Below, in pieces: positions 1 to 12,959 of a stretch of 64,000 nt of DNA. Origin of the DNA: Trichoplax adhaerens (Eukaryota > Animalia > Placozoa). A program made the position numbers and the translations under genes. How positions within the stretch are numbered: position 1 is the stretch's first letter; every line of letters begins with the position of its first letter. The notes under the pieces are model-generated. The model worked only from the letters and a program-made list of their open reading frames with translations, searched no databases and had not been told where the DNA came from. The stretch lies in NCBI RefSeq assembly GCF_000150275.1, contig NW_002060944.1, positions 4,592,123 through 4,656,122 of the forward strand. Direction: 5' to 3'.

Positions 1-101
1 AAAACAGGTAAAGAAGAGAGTAGGATATGTATTATTACTATTTTAAATAAGATTGTTAACAAACTCCACTTTTCTTTTTTATTTAAAAATTTTCATATTA
101 G

Positions 102-3100
102 CTAACGAGGGCTACATTGCTCAAAAAACAAAATCGTTCGTAGCAAGATTACCACCTGTTGATCATCCAGTTCTTGATAACTTGAATCATTTTGATGATG
201 ATTATGCAGCAATTCCCCCCAAAAATAAAGTTCATGTTACCTTTATTGATAACAAAAATACAGATCAAAATTTTAATCCAACAGCATCAGAATATCCCGC
301 TGCAGTTAATAAAATTGCCTATAATACAGCGATAGAATTAAATGCACAGCGGTGGTATGGTGGCCAAGTTTTACAACCTTATACACCTAGTACAGCACAA
401 CTTGAGTTAGGAAAGCGAATAAATGATGATTATGTACATCATAATAGTGATGGACTGGAAGGTGATCATTTGCATAGGACTGGTATAGCAAATGATGAGC
501 TTAATAGATCATCAAAGGAAGATAAATTATTATACACGTATCTCAGGGGAGATGCAGTTCAACTTGAAAGGTTAGTCCAAAAAGTTCATCATATTTACTT
601 TACACTCATGCCATCTATTACATTTTGTGATTTGTCTCGTTGTGTATTCTACAATGATACGTTAGTAACATTGAAATAATTTAATTTTGATCACTTATTG
701 AATTTTTCTCGCTAATTTATTGCTGTTAGCAATTTATTAATTGTAATTATGACTAGATGTGGCTAATAAGAATAAGAGTAGTATCTTAATTAATCTAAAA
801 TTTTGAAATTAATTTATTGTTGCTATTTATTTTGACAATTGAGATGAATTAAATAGTGTTTTATCACGTTATAGTCAACCAAGTAAAAGTCCTAATCTAA
901 TTCAGCTTTTAGAGTAACATTTCTACTTAAGCAGTAGTGGATGTTTAAATTTTAAATAATAATGCTTTAATTTAGCAAATAATATAATTGTATACTGTAA
1001 TATGCTAATGAATCTATGCCATTTTTAACAGATATCCTAAGGGCAATATCATTAAGAGCAGAATTAATGAATACGCAAATGCTGTTAAAAACTTTAATTC
1101 TAGGTATTTCAATTTATTGTTTATAATGGATATAGATCTGTGAGAAAATTTTCAATAATAAACTAAATTAATTTCCTAATTATGCAAATCTATATCAATG
1201 GTAAATATAAAGTAAGCTAAAATCTCACCAGAATAACATAAACGGACAAGACTCTGACGAAAGCCCCAGAGATGGAATAAAAACCAAATTACTAACATTA
1301 GATGATTTAGAACCTGCTTATACAAGAGTAAATATATTAATTTTTAAAGTTTATTGATGAATATAGATTAACCGATATTTTTATTTTAATGCTAAACAAT
1401 AACATTTATCTAATGCACTTAATTTCAAATTTTTTATTATATCCAATAATTTAGGATATTATTTTAACTCCAAGAGTGTTGCAAAATGGCAGCAATCGAT
1501 CAGGATCACGAAGTAAAAATCGTCAAAGCAACAGTCAAGGGTCGGCAAGTCGTCGTAGTTCAGGTCGAATGGCAACAGCAGGAGAAGGCAGAAAAAACAT
1601 TAGAGGATATTCTACTAGAGATTCTGCGTCCAGATTAGGTAAAAATGATTATAAGCAATCATCACCTAAAACTGGTAGGAGAAGTCGAGCAGGATCCCCG
1701 TCTAAAGTTAATGGAGGCAGTCAGAAAGAATTAAGCCAATCGCCTGCCAGCAGACAAAATAATGATTCAGCAGCAAGTCATGAAAGTAGTCGAGAATCAT
1801 CTCCATATCGTAGAATTCGTTCCACATCTCCGGTTGGGAAGAGTAATATTGATCATACTACATCTAATAATAAATCATTACTACCTCGATCTAAGTTTAC
1901 TGAAAGTAACGAAGCTAGAAAATTAAGACATGAGACGTTAAAAATGTTGGCCGATGATAGTATTGCCTTAGGTAAATAGCATTAGCTGATCTGTAGATTA
2001 GTTTACGGTATAAGTACGATTACGGATGATTTATCATCCTTTTAATGCATTTATTTGTGCCTATTAATGGTTGTTTGTAATTAATCTTAGGTGATAATTT
2101 AAGGAGCGATTTTGTACAATATCAAAATGAAATTGAACGCTTGCGTTATCATGCAGAAGTTCATGTAAGTTAAGGAAATGAAAGCTTAATTAAGACAGTT
2201 TTTCTTATAATTGTATACTTAAAAGGACATATAATTAAAAGTTATGATGGCAGTATTACAATTATCGTAATATCATATCCTCTTTATTTGACAGCTGATG
2301 TATTTGATTTGATTTAATAGCAGTATAAAATTCATTGATTTGTTGAAGAATTGACGCCAAAAATTTATCTATTTGTAGATTTGAATGTGTTGTTTTATAT
2401 AAAATTTACAGTAATACTAATTTATTTATGGTTGGAGTTAAACAGTCAAAATTAAACTCATATTATTTCTGAACTCTTCGTTTAGTATGAATTATCATTA
2501 GGCGAGAATTTTAATCCGCCGCGTGTGGTGGTAAGTTCATGACCGATATAATTCTAGGATAAATACTCATATTTCAATAACTATTAACGACCGGACGATT
2601 GCAAATAGGTTTTCAATATTATTATTCTTTCTAACAATTTGTTACTATAGCTTCTATCTTCGAGCATTCAGTTTGGTGATGGCCTAAAACGAGCCGCTCT
2701 GAAACATACTATAATCATCCATTATGTAATTAACCGAAAACTATAATTTAGAAATAGAATATATCTAAAAGATGCTTTGAATTATGATATTGACAAGTGT
2801 AATTAATATCGCAAAAACTGAACAGCTTTTTTAATTCTGCTATTTTAATACCAGGACTTTCAAAAAGCTACCTTCGATTCGCTAATTGGTTAGTTGCAAG
2901 TTATAGTTAAGCGTCGAGTACCTCTTTTGCTAAATGTCTATACTGTAAAGCGGTTAACTTGATTAATAGAATGGAAAATACGTGCGACAAGGAATTAATG
3001 TGTTAAAATATTATCTTTCAGAGGAAATTAATAAGAGGGTAAATCAATACAAGGATGGCTGTCGAATCAAGTCGTTAGCTTTATATTGCAAGGTATTGGA

Positions 3101-4161
3101 TTTGATAGGTTTTAAACTACATAATAAGAAGAGAGTATGATAGGATAATAAGAAATCTTCTGTTAATAAGTATTTATGTCAATCAACACAGGGAGGACCT
3201 GGCTACATATATTTCTTAAGAAATGAAGTTATTACGGATAAGAAACTAGTTTATAACGACCCAATCGCTCAGTAAGTTATAATATATACTGAATATACAG
3301 TATATAGCGTACTATGGATGGCATGTGCACCTGCTGTTAAAATGGAATTGCTAAAGATAGTGGTACTGGATCTCTTTGATATTAAAATAATAATTACTGA
3401 TTTTAACTGTATTCTGGATTATACAAACATTAGATTCTTTCGCGATGTTAGCCGAATTATGAGTAAATTAGGACCCAATGTAACGTCTGTGCATGTTATG
3501 GGGTGTAATCTAACTGGAACAAGTAGTGGGCATGAGGTAATTTTAATTTTGTTTAGAATAACAGTTAGGCGATATATTCAAATATTGGTGTATGCACTAA
3601 GTGAGGCGCGTCTATCTGCTAGTTAACTGTTGAAGACACAGTAATTTAAAATAAATTCATATCGAATTATGTCCATGATATTGAATAATATTAGTATGAA
3701 TCAATGTATTCTAAGGTCGCAGTGATACGAATAACTAATTTGAAAAGTTTATAGATATTTAAGCCTAATTTATATAATTACAACTTGCAAAGGAAGGACA
3801 GAAGTATTCATTATGCCTGTTTTGTTGCGTGTTATTGAAATTAACCGCAAGTTAATCATTCTATTTATTGATAATTTTCATAGCTATTGCAACTCATTCA
3901 GAAGGTTATGGAGCCAACTAAACTAACTATCTCAGCACCTGTTGAGCAATCACAAGCTGGTAAGTAGCAGATAAATGTTGAACTTTGATTCTGAAATAGA
4001 ATTGATATAGTATAAATTCTAATGATGATGCACTATGTCTAGGTTCCGAAATGATTAGTCAATATTTTGATATCAAAAAATATCGAGAATGGAAAGATAA
4101 AACGACAAGTTTCATTTATTCGAAAAGATTTAGCAAAAGAAAATTACATTTGAAGTTTTAA
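102..4161 (+). CDS. Multi-exon gene (5' end outside window): Ser/Arg-rich low-complexity middle and C-terminal DUF4347-like domain
   Basis: GT-AG exons at approximately 102-570, 1032-1103, 1213-1328, 1456-1971, 2090-2164, 2486-2530, 2651-2725, 2855-2888, 3022-3092, 3192-3271, 3434-3536, 3883-3959 and 4043-4161. They splice to PRVVLLSSSIQFGDGLKRAALKHTIIIHYDFQKATFDSLIEEINKRVNQYKDGCRIKSLALYCKGGPGYIYFLRNEVIT...FFRDVSRIMSKLGPNVTSVHVMGCNLTGTSSGHELLQLIQKVM...YFDIKKYREWK. This resembles the DUF4347 domain of ECT2L and of bacterial DUF4347 proteins (ILLYGCnvA..G..l...l). Stop TAA at 4159-4161. Confidence 0.65.
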
Positions 4162-4654
4162 AAATATAGGCGAAATTGTATTCAAATAAATCATGACATA
4201 TAATTAGTACTGTACAAGTAATTTATTACGAATAGCTAAATGGAATTACTGTTGAAATGAGCTTGACTGTTATATGGATGTTTTATTCGTACGTTCACTA
4301 ATTTTCAAAAGGAATTTGATCATTTATAACTGAAGATGATTTGATTCTTAAAAAGTACTTTTTTATGGTACAAATGTTCTTTATTTATTTCTGTATGAAA
4401 TGTTTTAATAGCAACACAAATAAAACAAGAAAAGATATATTTATATTGCATGACAGTTCTAGATAGATATACGTATCAAGAAAATAATTCTCCCGAATGA
4501 TTTCTAATTACGAAATTGAGTAATTGAGCATGTGTTTGATTTAGTTTACCTGTTACAGTAGGCAGTATAGCATACGGGTACAATATAATGTTTTGTTCAG
4601 AGAATATACATTATTAATAATAATTTTACAGTGATAGAGAAAAGATACGATTTG

Positions 4655-6087
4655 TTACTCAGTTATTTTGATAGTAGTCGACAATTCTCGTAAGGAAACA
4701 CGACCTTGAGAGATTAACATTCGAATAGTTTGCTGTCAATTAAAAATAGAGTTGTTACCATTATGATAGCGCAAGTTACAATAATTAAGATATGCACAAA
4801 CAGGCTTCAAGATGCAGCTATATTTATATTAATTAATCAGTTATGAATAAAGACTGAGATTGTAGGTGTAATTATATATGTATGTTTATTACAACAGGTA
4901 TTGTTTGGTATTATAACTAACCTACGCGTAAAGTGCCCACATGCTTTCGTCATTATGACTTAGTAATACTGTAGCAATGTTATTTGTGCATGTTACGTTA
5001 ATTTACTACTACAAGGCGTAGGTACACCTACGAGCATATAACAGATCTGATGTTAATAGTCTACTTGGAGATTCGAGTACAGTTGCTAAGATATGCTAAT
5101 ACTGTAGTATGATCGAAATCTTCTATGATTTGTATTCTATTATAGCTAGCAGCGTTAGTACTTTACTAAGCATTAACTTACTCATATTACTATAATATTA
5201 TCTAGTCACGTCACGTTAAGTTAATTTGCTACTGCGACAAGCAATAAGATACATAAGCATACCTACATACTGTACTGTATGTTAGAATATACGCATAAGA
5301 GATCTGAGGTTGTTAATCGTCTATTTGATCAAGTCTAGTTGAAAAGTATAAAGATATGGTTGCAATTCGACTAGGTGGTATGTACTGTGCTGTAGATATG
5401 CCTAGGATCAAGGAGGAACCCATATAAGATTGAAGGTATTAATACAGTAGTATATTTTAGAGATCGAGTACTGTACAGCACAGTAGATAAAGTGCAAAGA
5501 TATGGCAAAAACTCGATTAAGTGAGTAGTACATTTGATATCTCGCGACGAATTTAGTGTCTCCTGCAAAACTATGACCGTCATCTTATACATGTGATTTA
5601 CTACATCCTAGTAAATTCAATTCTTATCCTATCCTCAATCTACTTATTGTAGTAAGGACGTACACACTCTCTACGAATTAAGTATATATATAACCTGGTC
5701 TTGATGGTGCCGGTTCCTATCGAACTCAGCTCGAACCCATTGCGTCATGTCACGTCGCTGGTTTTGGTCTTCAATTCGGCGTATAACTCTCAGCATGTCC
5801 CTATATAGTGTCAGTACTTGGCTTCGCAGCATAAACTATGTTTACCCATTTTGTAATCGCCAAATACAGATAAATAGATACATTAACATGAGGCAGATAG
5901 CTGTTCATCGTTGAAAGAGTGTACAAAGATAGAGCATGTCGTCTGAGCACATATTGTGCAAATATGGCAGTACAGTATTTGCAAAGGCAATCGATAATAT
6001 AACCCATCAAAAATGACGCAATTAATGATATTATTATTCAAATTTCACCTGTCTAAATGATGGGATAGCAGACGGAATCTTAGCCAT
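4655..6087 (-). CDS. LYRM2: LYR motif-containing protein 2 (mitochondrial LYRM family), 85 aa, 3 exons
   Basis: Exons 6087-6049 (MAKIPSAIPSFRQ), 5835-5695 (FMLRSQVLTLYRDMLRVIRRIEDQNQRRDMTQWVRAEFDRNRHHQDQ) and 4732-4655 (QTIRMLISQGRVSLRELSTTIKITE*), joined by two phase-0 GT-AG introns. It has the LYR motif plus the downstream W.R.EF motif and aligns along its full length to human LYRM2 as I recall it. Confidence 0.93.
4960..5520. repeat. Old degenerate tandem duplication inside LYRM2 intron 2
   Basis: Related blocks gcata..agatctga..gttaat.gtcta.ttg...aagatatg at ~5034 and ~5293, with a partial copy at ~5460. Confidence 0.45.
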
Positions 6088-6099
6088 AGCTCTACCAAA

Positions 6100-6915
6100 T
6101 AATATAGAGGATCAATAGCCTTATTTGTAGTCTTTATAAGCCGATGTAAAGGTTGAAGATTTGCAGTTTGGTAGCAGCTCCTGCCATAATTCCTGATGAG
6201 CTGGAATGTTTACTATACACAGTGTACAGTGTACAGTGTACAGTACAGTACTATACTGTACACTGTACGCATTGTACTGTACTGTACAGTAGAGATCCGG
6301 GGATCTGAGTAACAGTACTGAAGACTCTGTCAAATGAGAGCAAAGGAGGTGTCACTTTAATAGCCTAAAATTAGTGACTCTACCAGTAAATTCGCTACTT
6401 TTGCAGTGACATCTGTTTCAGAATAGCCGGTATCAGCACGGCCAGAGCAAAAAATATGTCTCTACGACGTCCCCAAAATATAATCTTCTATTAGCAAGTG
6501 AGCCAAACAATATAGAGGATCAATAGTCTTATTTGTAGTCTATATAAACCGATGTAACGGTTGAAGATTTGCAGTTTGGTAGTAGCTCCTGCCATGGATG
6601 ATTCCTGATCAACTTGATTATTTACTGTACTGTTCCCTTTGCTTGTCCACTGTACACTCGTCAGTAGGCAGGTTGAGAGATCTTGGGATCTGAGTAAAGT
6701 ACTATCACTGTTTGTATAAATTGAGAGCAAAAAGATGTCAGCGTAACGTAGCAAAAATACTGGCTCCATTAAGTCAGCGATCCACTTTCGGGGTGACATC
6801 TTTTTAGAATAACCGGTGTCAACACGACCACAACAAAAAATGTGTCACTACGATGTCCTAAGAGTATAAGGTCTATTACCGAATGAGCCGCTTCTAGGGT
6901 GACATCTGTCTTGAA
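6100..6915. repeat. Tandem duplication of a ~408-bp unit (2 copies plus a fragment) in the LYRM2/C6orf136 divergent intergenic region
   Basis: atatagaggatcaatag.cttatttgtagtct.tataa.ccgatgtaa.ggttgaagatttgcagtttggtag.agctcctgccat at ~6103 and ~6510. Similarity continues to ~6490 and ~6880. Confidence 0.85.
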
Positions 6916-7361
6916 CAGGCTGGATTCCATTCGTTTACACTGTGACAAGAATTGCAGATCGATTGGGATTTCTAGTCAAGACTATAGACTGCGGAGGCTT
7001 GACACAACGCTTGATAGCCAGGCGGCAACTTACTCCATGCAGCAACGCCTTCATCGTTTGCATCATCCTTTTGCTGTATTTTCATTGGTTGTAGCTTTTG
7101 ACCTCGTCATTGAAGACATCAGTAAGAGATAGTGGTTCGATACATGTGTTAGCGTGATATATTATTGTATAGAAAAGGATAGGAAATAGCGGCTATATAA
7201 GAGCTTACGATAATCTCTTCCAACATGGATTGACAGTAGCCATTGCATGCACCAAAGGTACAGCAAATGCCTTCCAATTGAGAAGATTTAAATAATTTTG
7301 ATCTCATCTACTCGATTCATCTATTGTTAATTATCCTATCCAATATTCTAACTGAGTTTTG

Positions 7362-9685
7362 ATGGCATTACTATCGGTTGGAACGAGTAGTCGTAGCTGC
7401 CATTATCCTCTACGACGTGTCGCCTACTCGGCATCATGCCAATTTCATCATCATTACTATGATGAGAATTCTTCAACATGGCAACCAAATCATCATTTCC
7501 GTGACTTTTATTACCCTACGAATACTGGACTGTCTAGGTTGCAATCCAAGATAAATCATCAACGACAGATAACTACTTGGCAATCGCCTCTTGTTGCCAA
7601 TCATAAGGTAATCCATCCGTTCATGATTTTGTCTCATTTTTTTCGATAGCACTGTATAGCAACGTTAAACGGTAGTGGTGTATATTGCATTGATCGGATC
7701 CGATAGGATGATGGCGTTATTAGTCGCTATCATTCTAATAGCAACTTTGCGCAAGTAATTAGAATGAATGAATGAAAATCGATCGAGTCATGATAGCCAT
7801 GTTTATATGCAATAATTTTGATGCTACAAGATAGAAAGACGATCAATAAGTTTCGTCTGGCCAGTCTAATAATCTCTCGTACTCGAATAGTAGCAGATTG
7901 TTTCCGTTTTGGTTTGCATAGGCAATGAGGCCAGTAAACCATTGTACTAGATACAGTAGGTCTTGATGAAGGTCAAATAGGCTTTTAATAATCGTCTGTC
8001 ATTTTTGCCATTGGATTGTCAGGAATCATTCATGTTAGCTTGCCCCCCACCTGGTAATGATATGAGCGCTTATCGTAAAAACTCGTCCTCGCTGATGGCA
8101 TATCCAACATCCAACAAAGCATCATGGAACCATGGCATCGTCAATACGCGTCGATCAAAAAACTCCAGCAATTCGACTCTCTTAACCGACAGTGATAAAA
8201 TGAAATCTGGTGTCAAGCTACCTGTAATAAAAGACAAATTAGCTGGTCGTGTAATAAATGATTGCAATCATTTACATTGTGAGTTAGGATTAAATAATTG
8301 GATTTCAAAGGGATATCATCGAAATAAACTACCCCAATCGAAGGATCCATCATATGTATATCATGGCTCTCCTATGCTACAAGTCAACAATATTGAACAG
8401 GTAATGATGAATCATTCTGTTCCAGCTTGGACGCTTTCAATATCTGATAATCATCAGTGCTGTAAAGAGCAATCAATAGTAAATAGTAAAAGTGAAAAGA
8501 AACTTAAAGACGATACTAAGACACTTCCATCAACAGCTCAGTTGGAAGTAATCAGAGAGAGACTTTCATTTGAGGTAATAGAACGTAGTAGCATTTAGCT
8601 AGTAATATGTAATTGGCTTTAAAATTATTTCCATTTTCTAATAATTCAATATCAAAATTAAACAACATGTGGATAAATGGTTTCCAATCTCTTCTTTTAT
8701 GGTCTATCTAGCTTCCAGACTTTTTTACTGCAAAGCAGAGTTATAGTATTTACAGTGATAATATTGTCTTCGAAAACAAACTATTAAATATTAAAGTCAG
8801 GTTAGTACTGATGAATTATGGACGGTCTTGCTTTGCTAGAGAGAGCAGAATGATCCTTTGTTGCATTATTATTTGCAGTGTTTACTTTTTTTAATACTGA
8901 TGTTGTAATAGCATTGTGGGTATCATAGAAACAGGTTATGTACATGTTCTGAATGGATGTTCTGTAGGGGTTTAACATCATACAAAATGATGGTCGCTAC
9001 GATGAAAGGAATGTGCAGAGCTTACTGCTGTAATTTAGTTTTTGATGTACTCAAAATTACCAAGCATCACGACGATGGAACTATTCGTATTAGATGGAGA
9101 GTAACTGGACTTCCACGACATCAAGTTGCATTACTAATTTGGCCATTTATTCAATCGCCCAAATGCAGGTATATTTCAAATATTGTAGTATTGCCATGAT
9201 GAGGTGTGCATACCTGTTGACTAGTTTAATTTACCGATATCCAGTAATATTCCAGCACAAAGTGTTATTGTAGTTATGCATATGTTAATGTTACTTTAGT
9301 TGTATAACAGGTAAACAGTGCTACTATATGCACATCACTGCAAATGAATGCCATTGTGTTATAATTTATCTTTTGTCGTGGATATTAAATTTTTAGATAT
9401 TTTGAATGCTTTTCGGTCTTACGGGTTGGAATTAATGGTGTAATTAATCACCATCGCCTAGACAAGGTAAATACTGTATAAACTTGTATGGTACAGTCTT
9501 TTTACAGTACAAAATATTTTTACATATTTTCAAACGCGAAATTTTTTCGAGAACTCTTTGAGTTGTAGCTCAGTGTAATTAACTCTCATAGAGTAGACAA
9601 TAAAATAATGTGTTTAACTTATGGTTAGGTTACGCCTTCTGATTATCCTGAGACTACTCAGCGAAATCTATGGCTACCGGTCTAG
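7362..9685 (+). CDS. C6orf136: C6orf136 homolog (DUF2358, NTF2-like fold)
   Basis: Exons ~7362-7607, 8023-8574, 8712-8800, 8968-9168, 9397-9465 and 9629-9685. Protein includes LEVIRERLSFELPDFFTAKQSYSIYSDNIVFENKLLNIKVRGLTSY...VLKITKHHDDGTIRIRWRVTGLP...YFECFSVLRVGINGVINHHRLDKVTP, the C6orf136 pattern. The Arg/Ser-rich N-terminus may be a mitochondrial presequence. Confidence 0.85.
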
Positions 9686-10782
9686 ATATCTGGATCAGAT
9701 CCTATTCGTGACAAAAAACGCAAATGATTTTACAATATTAATGTCAGTTAATGATAGGAGTCATATCTAAATTCTTATTTCTATTTAAAAGTAATTTATG
9801 AAAGGTACTATAAAGATATACTTTTATTCGTAACTGATGCGTACTTTTCCTTGAGCTGTATTGTCTTTACAATCTCTGTTAATATTTTTCACAAATCTTT
9901 TCTATGTATCCAATATTTTAAACTACAACTTGATGCAAATATATCACTACATTGTTTGTGGTACGGATCTTGATAAGTAGCCTACTATTTATATAACCTA
10001 TTTCAAATTGGTATTACAAGATTTGTAACCATCATGATAAAATTGTCTTCAAAGCAGAATATTCACTAATACACTGTTTGAAAATTCTTGATCTAACACC
10101 GTTAGCATCGAGTGTAAATAACTATATATGGTGTATATTATTCTCAAAAACTTTGATAAAGTAGGAAACACATTTAATGTCAAAGGGACGATCACTTGTT
10201 TTCTGCATCAAAGTTTATTTTGCTCGCCTTTGGCGAGTGATATAGTGATAATAAATGTTCAGTATCAAGTTAACGAGAACTATTTCATGCATGTACAGTG
10301 TATAACACAGATGAATATTCTGTAGTTGCTGCTTTAAAACAGTTTAGGACTTTAGTTGACGAAGTTTGTTGATATCACTTGCTTAATAAATTCTGTCAGA
10401 TGTGATAAATGATACAGATGCAAGAGATATCGATTATTTAAATCACTAACAATGATTAACCTTCATAAAACCATTGAATCGATGTAGCAAGTATACTATT
10501 GTAGTGGAATCTCTAGAATACGTATCAAGTGTCTATCTGGGAAGCGAGACTGAATGGCTACATGGCCTTTGGCTTGATCTATTACAGTGGAAAATTTCAG
10601 ACATGTTTAATTTATTTTTATTTAAAATATTAGGAAAAATACAAAACAAGAGTGTTACAAGCGCTTTAGACCAGTATATCTGATATCATTAGCAAATAAC
10701 TTGATAAAATGGGATATTGATGATTTCCAAGTAAAAAAGGAAACTGTATACTTAATTGCTTCTTAAGACAGTATCCTAGTAA

Positions 10783-12865
10783 CTACTTTGATTCATCAAT
10801 TTTATTCCGATGAATTTGAAAGGAAGGTGTAATCCAAGCTCCGCAAGAACACTGTGAACCTATTTGATGTTACAAACAGTTTTTATTACCACTATTAGTC
10901 TTATCGACTTCAGCATAGGAATAAGCACAACGATAAATTAGCCTACCTGCCCAGTTGAATGAACCAATACGATTATTACATTTAGGGCATGAGAGCTAGG
11001 TCGATAATATTCAAAAATTATGTTATTATAGTAATAAATTATGGATATTGTGACAATATTTCTGTGAAAGAGAGCTATGAAGATCCTGCACTGAGAGTTC
11101 TTACTGATACACTATATAAATCATACTTTTCCTTCCACATTTCCAACAATAACTGATTCCATCCATGGCAATGGTTGTATGAAATAGGAACTACATACTG
11201 AGACATCATGTTGTTGATTATTATTATTTTTTGCATTGCGTTTTCTCCACTTGAATGCCCCTTGTCCAGTGCCAATTGAATGTGTTAGAATATTATTTTC
11301 TGAGTATAGTAATGACCTATTTTGATTAAGTAATAAACATGGATGCCGCTGTAGAATCGATACTTTTCTCTATCTGTGATAGATTTCATATCCTTATTCA
11401 TTTACCTCAATCGATTCTTACCTGCATTTTCTACATTTATATACAATTTTTCCATTTAGTAGGCCATGATGAGAGCTACGAATGAATGATTTAACTTTAC
11501 TAACATCGCCAAGTACTACGTTATGAATGAAAATGTTTGCAGTATGAGTACCTTGAATATGATTAGTGTGACTATTGTTACTGCTATAACGGATCTAGAG
11601 TAACTAATTATTTGGTTATGATTTGCTACATATGCATAATAAATGAATCGTATGAGATAATACCATGCTAACCTGTATACATTCTTGCTGTGTTTTGCAA
11701 TTGATAATTTCTATATTCAGCATCGGATGGTTTAATTTTGCAATTTAATTTTTCGTATAATTGTAACTGTTGAACAAATCCTACATTGGGACTATTGAAT
11801 TAATCCAAAGTATTTAGGTCAAGCATAAGGGTAAGATTCTCTTTATGTTATTGAAACTATACTTTGCAAATTCCATTTCAACTCGTGACTATCAATTGGT
11901 CACCGTCAATGATCAGGCTATTAGTATTGAGACTTAAACAGAAAATTGCTAGACTAAGCTTGACATGTGTTAAGCAGCGAGTCCCTGAATTAACTTTAAG
12001 TTGCCTTTAATTAATTCTTACCACATGTTTGCATTAATCGATTTAAGAGCATTATAAGCTTCGGTATATGGCTTTTCTTCCATCTTCATAAGATACGCAA
12101 TCAGGACAAAAGCACTTCTGGATAGCCCAGCTGTACTAAAATATAAGGATAAAAGCATTGGATTGCTGGTCTACACATATTGAGATGTAATAAATATCTG
12201 TAAGTGTTACAGACGAGCTACTTTGCGTGTTTATAGACTGTAGAGATGACTGGGTACAATATTCATTGCCAACAGGATTGGATCATGTTTGCGGCAAATG
12301 CTAGTTGGAGCAGTATGCTCAAACGTTCATGATTTTTGTTGACATTGACATTGCTCTAGCGTGCACTCCTAGTTCTAATGGTAATGAAGTTATAATACAT
12401 GAAATTGACGATACTATGTCGTACAAAGTAACTATCTAGATGTTGATTGCGCTGTGCTGATGATTGCTTCTCGATTCATGAATTATAATCATGACGATAC
12501 AGTACTGTAAATTAATGATTATTAACAAATCAGCTTTTTGCAAAAGTACTTTTGCGATAGCATGATTTGGCATCATCGAAATAAGGTAGAGCAATTCTAT
12601 GTAGTATTTACCAATGGACGAGAACTTTGCCTTGATCCATGCCTACGTTTATAAACTGGATACAGTCTTCGATTTGATCGAGTAAGTCGGTAAATGGAGT
12701 ATCTAAAGCTTGGACAAATTTAACATGCAATGATAAATTATCGAGCTCTTTGACTGGTTGTGCATCGATTGTTAAGACATGAGAGATTCCGCGTGGATTT
12801 TCCTTAGCAAGTCCTATCGAATCATCGATATTGCCCCAAAGTAAGTTGCCATGCACTAGAAACAT
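10783..12865 (-). CDS. DUSP12: Dual-specificity phosphatase 12 (YVH1) with C-terminal zinc-binding domain
   Basis: Seven exons. The spliced catalytic motif VHCTAGLSRS has its Cys codon split by intron 1 (TG|T). Also CPNVGFVQQLQLYE, and the zinc domain YKCRKCR..., CSSYFIQPLPWM, LSCPKCNNRIGSFNWAGSQCSCGAWITPSFQIHRNKID. Stop at 10785-10783. Confidence 0.95.
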
Positions 12866-12959
12866 TTCGATTGCTAGTCATGGATGAATTATATCAGCAG
12901 ATCTCTACTTTAACTTTGGTCACTGTAGATTTTGGAGAGTGTGGAAAGAGATTCTAGTC

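Noticed and set aside
1032-1040. ATATCCT resembling a U12 AT-AC donor
   Set aside because: It directly follows an AG acceptor and is the coding start of an exon (YPKG).
5801-6010. 69-aa minus-strand ORF with LSLY, resembling an LYR protein
   Set aside because: It lies mostly in LYRM2 intron 1, and the true LYR exon is in another frame.
12608-12865. DUSP12 ORF reads VHW, which suggests a dead phosphatase
   Set aside because: This is read-through into intron 1. Splicing gives HCTAGLSRS with the catalytic Cys intact.
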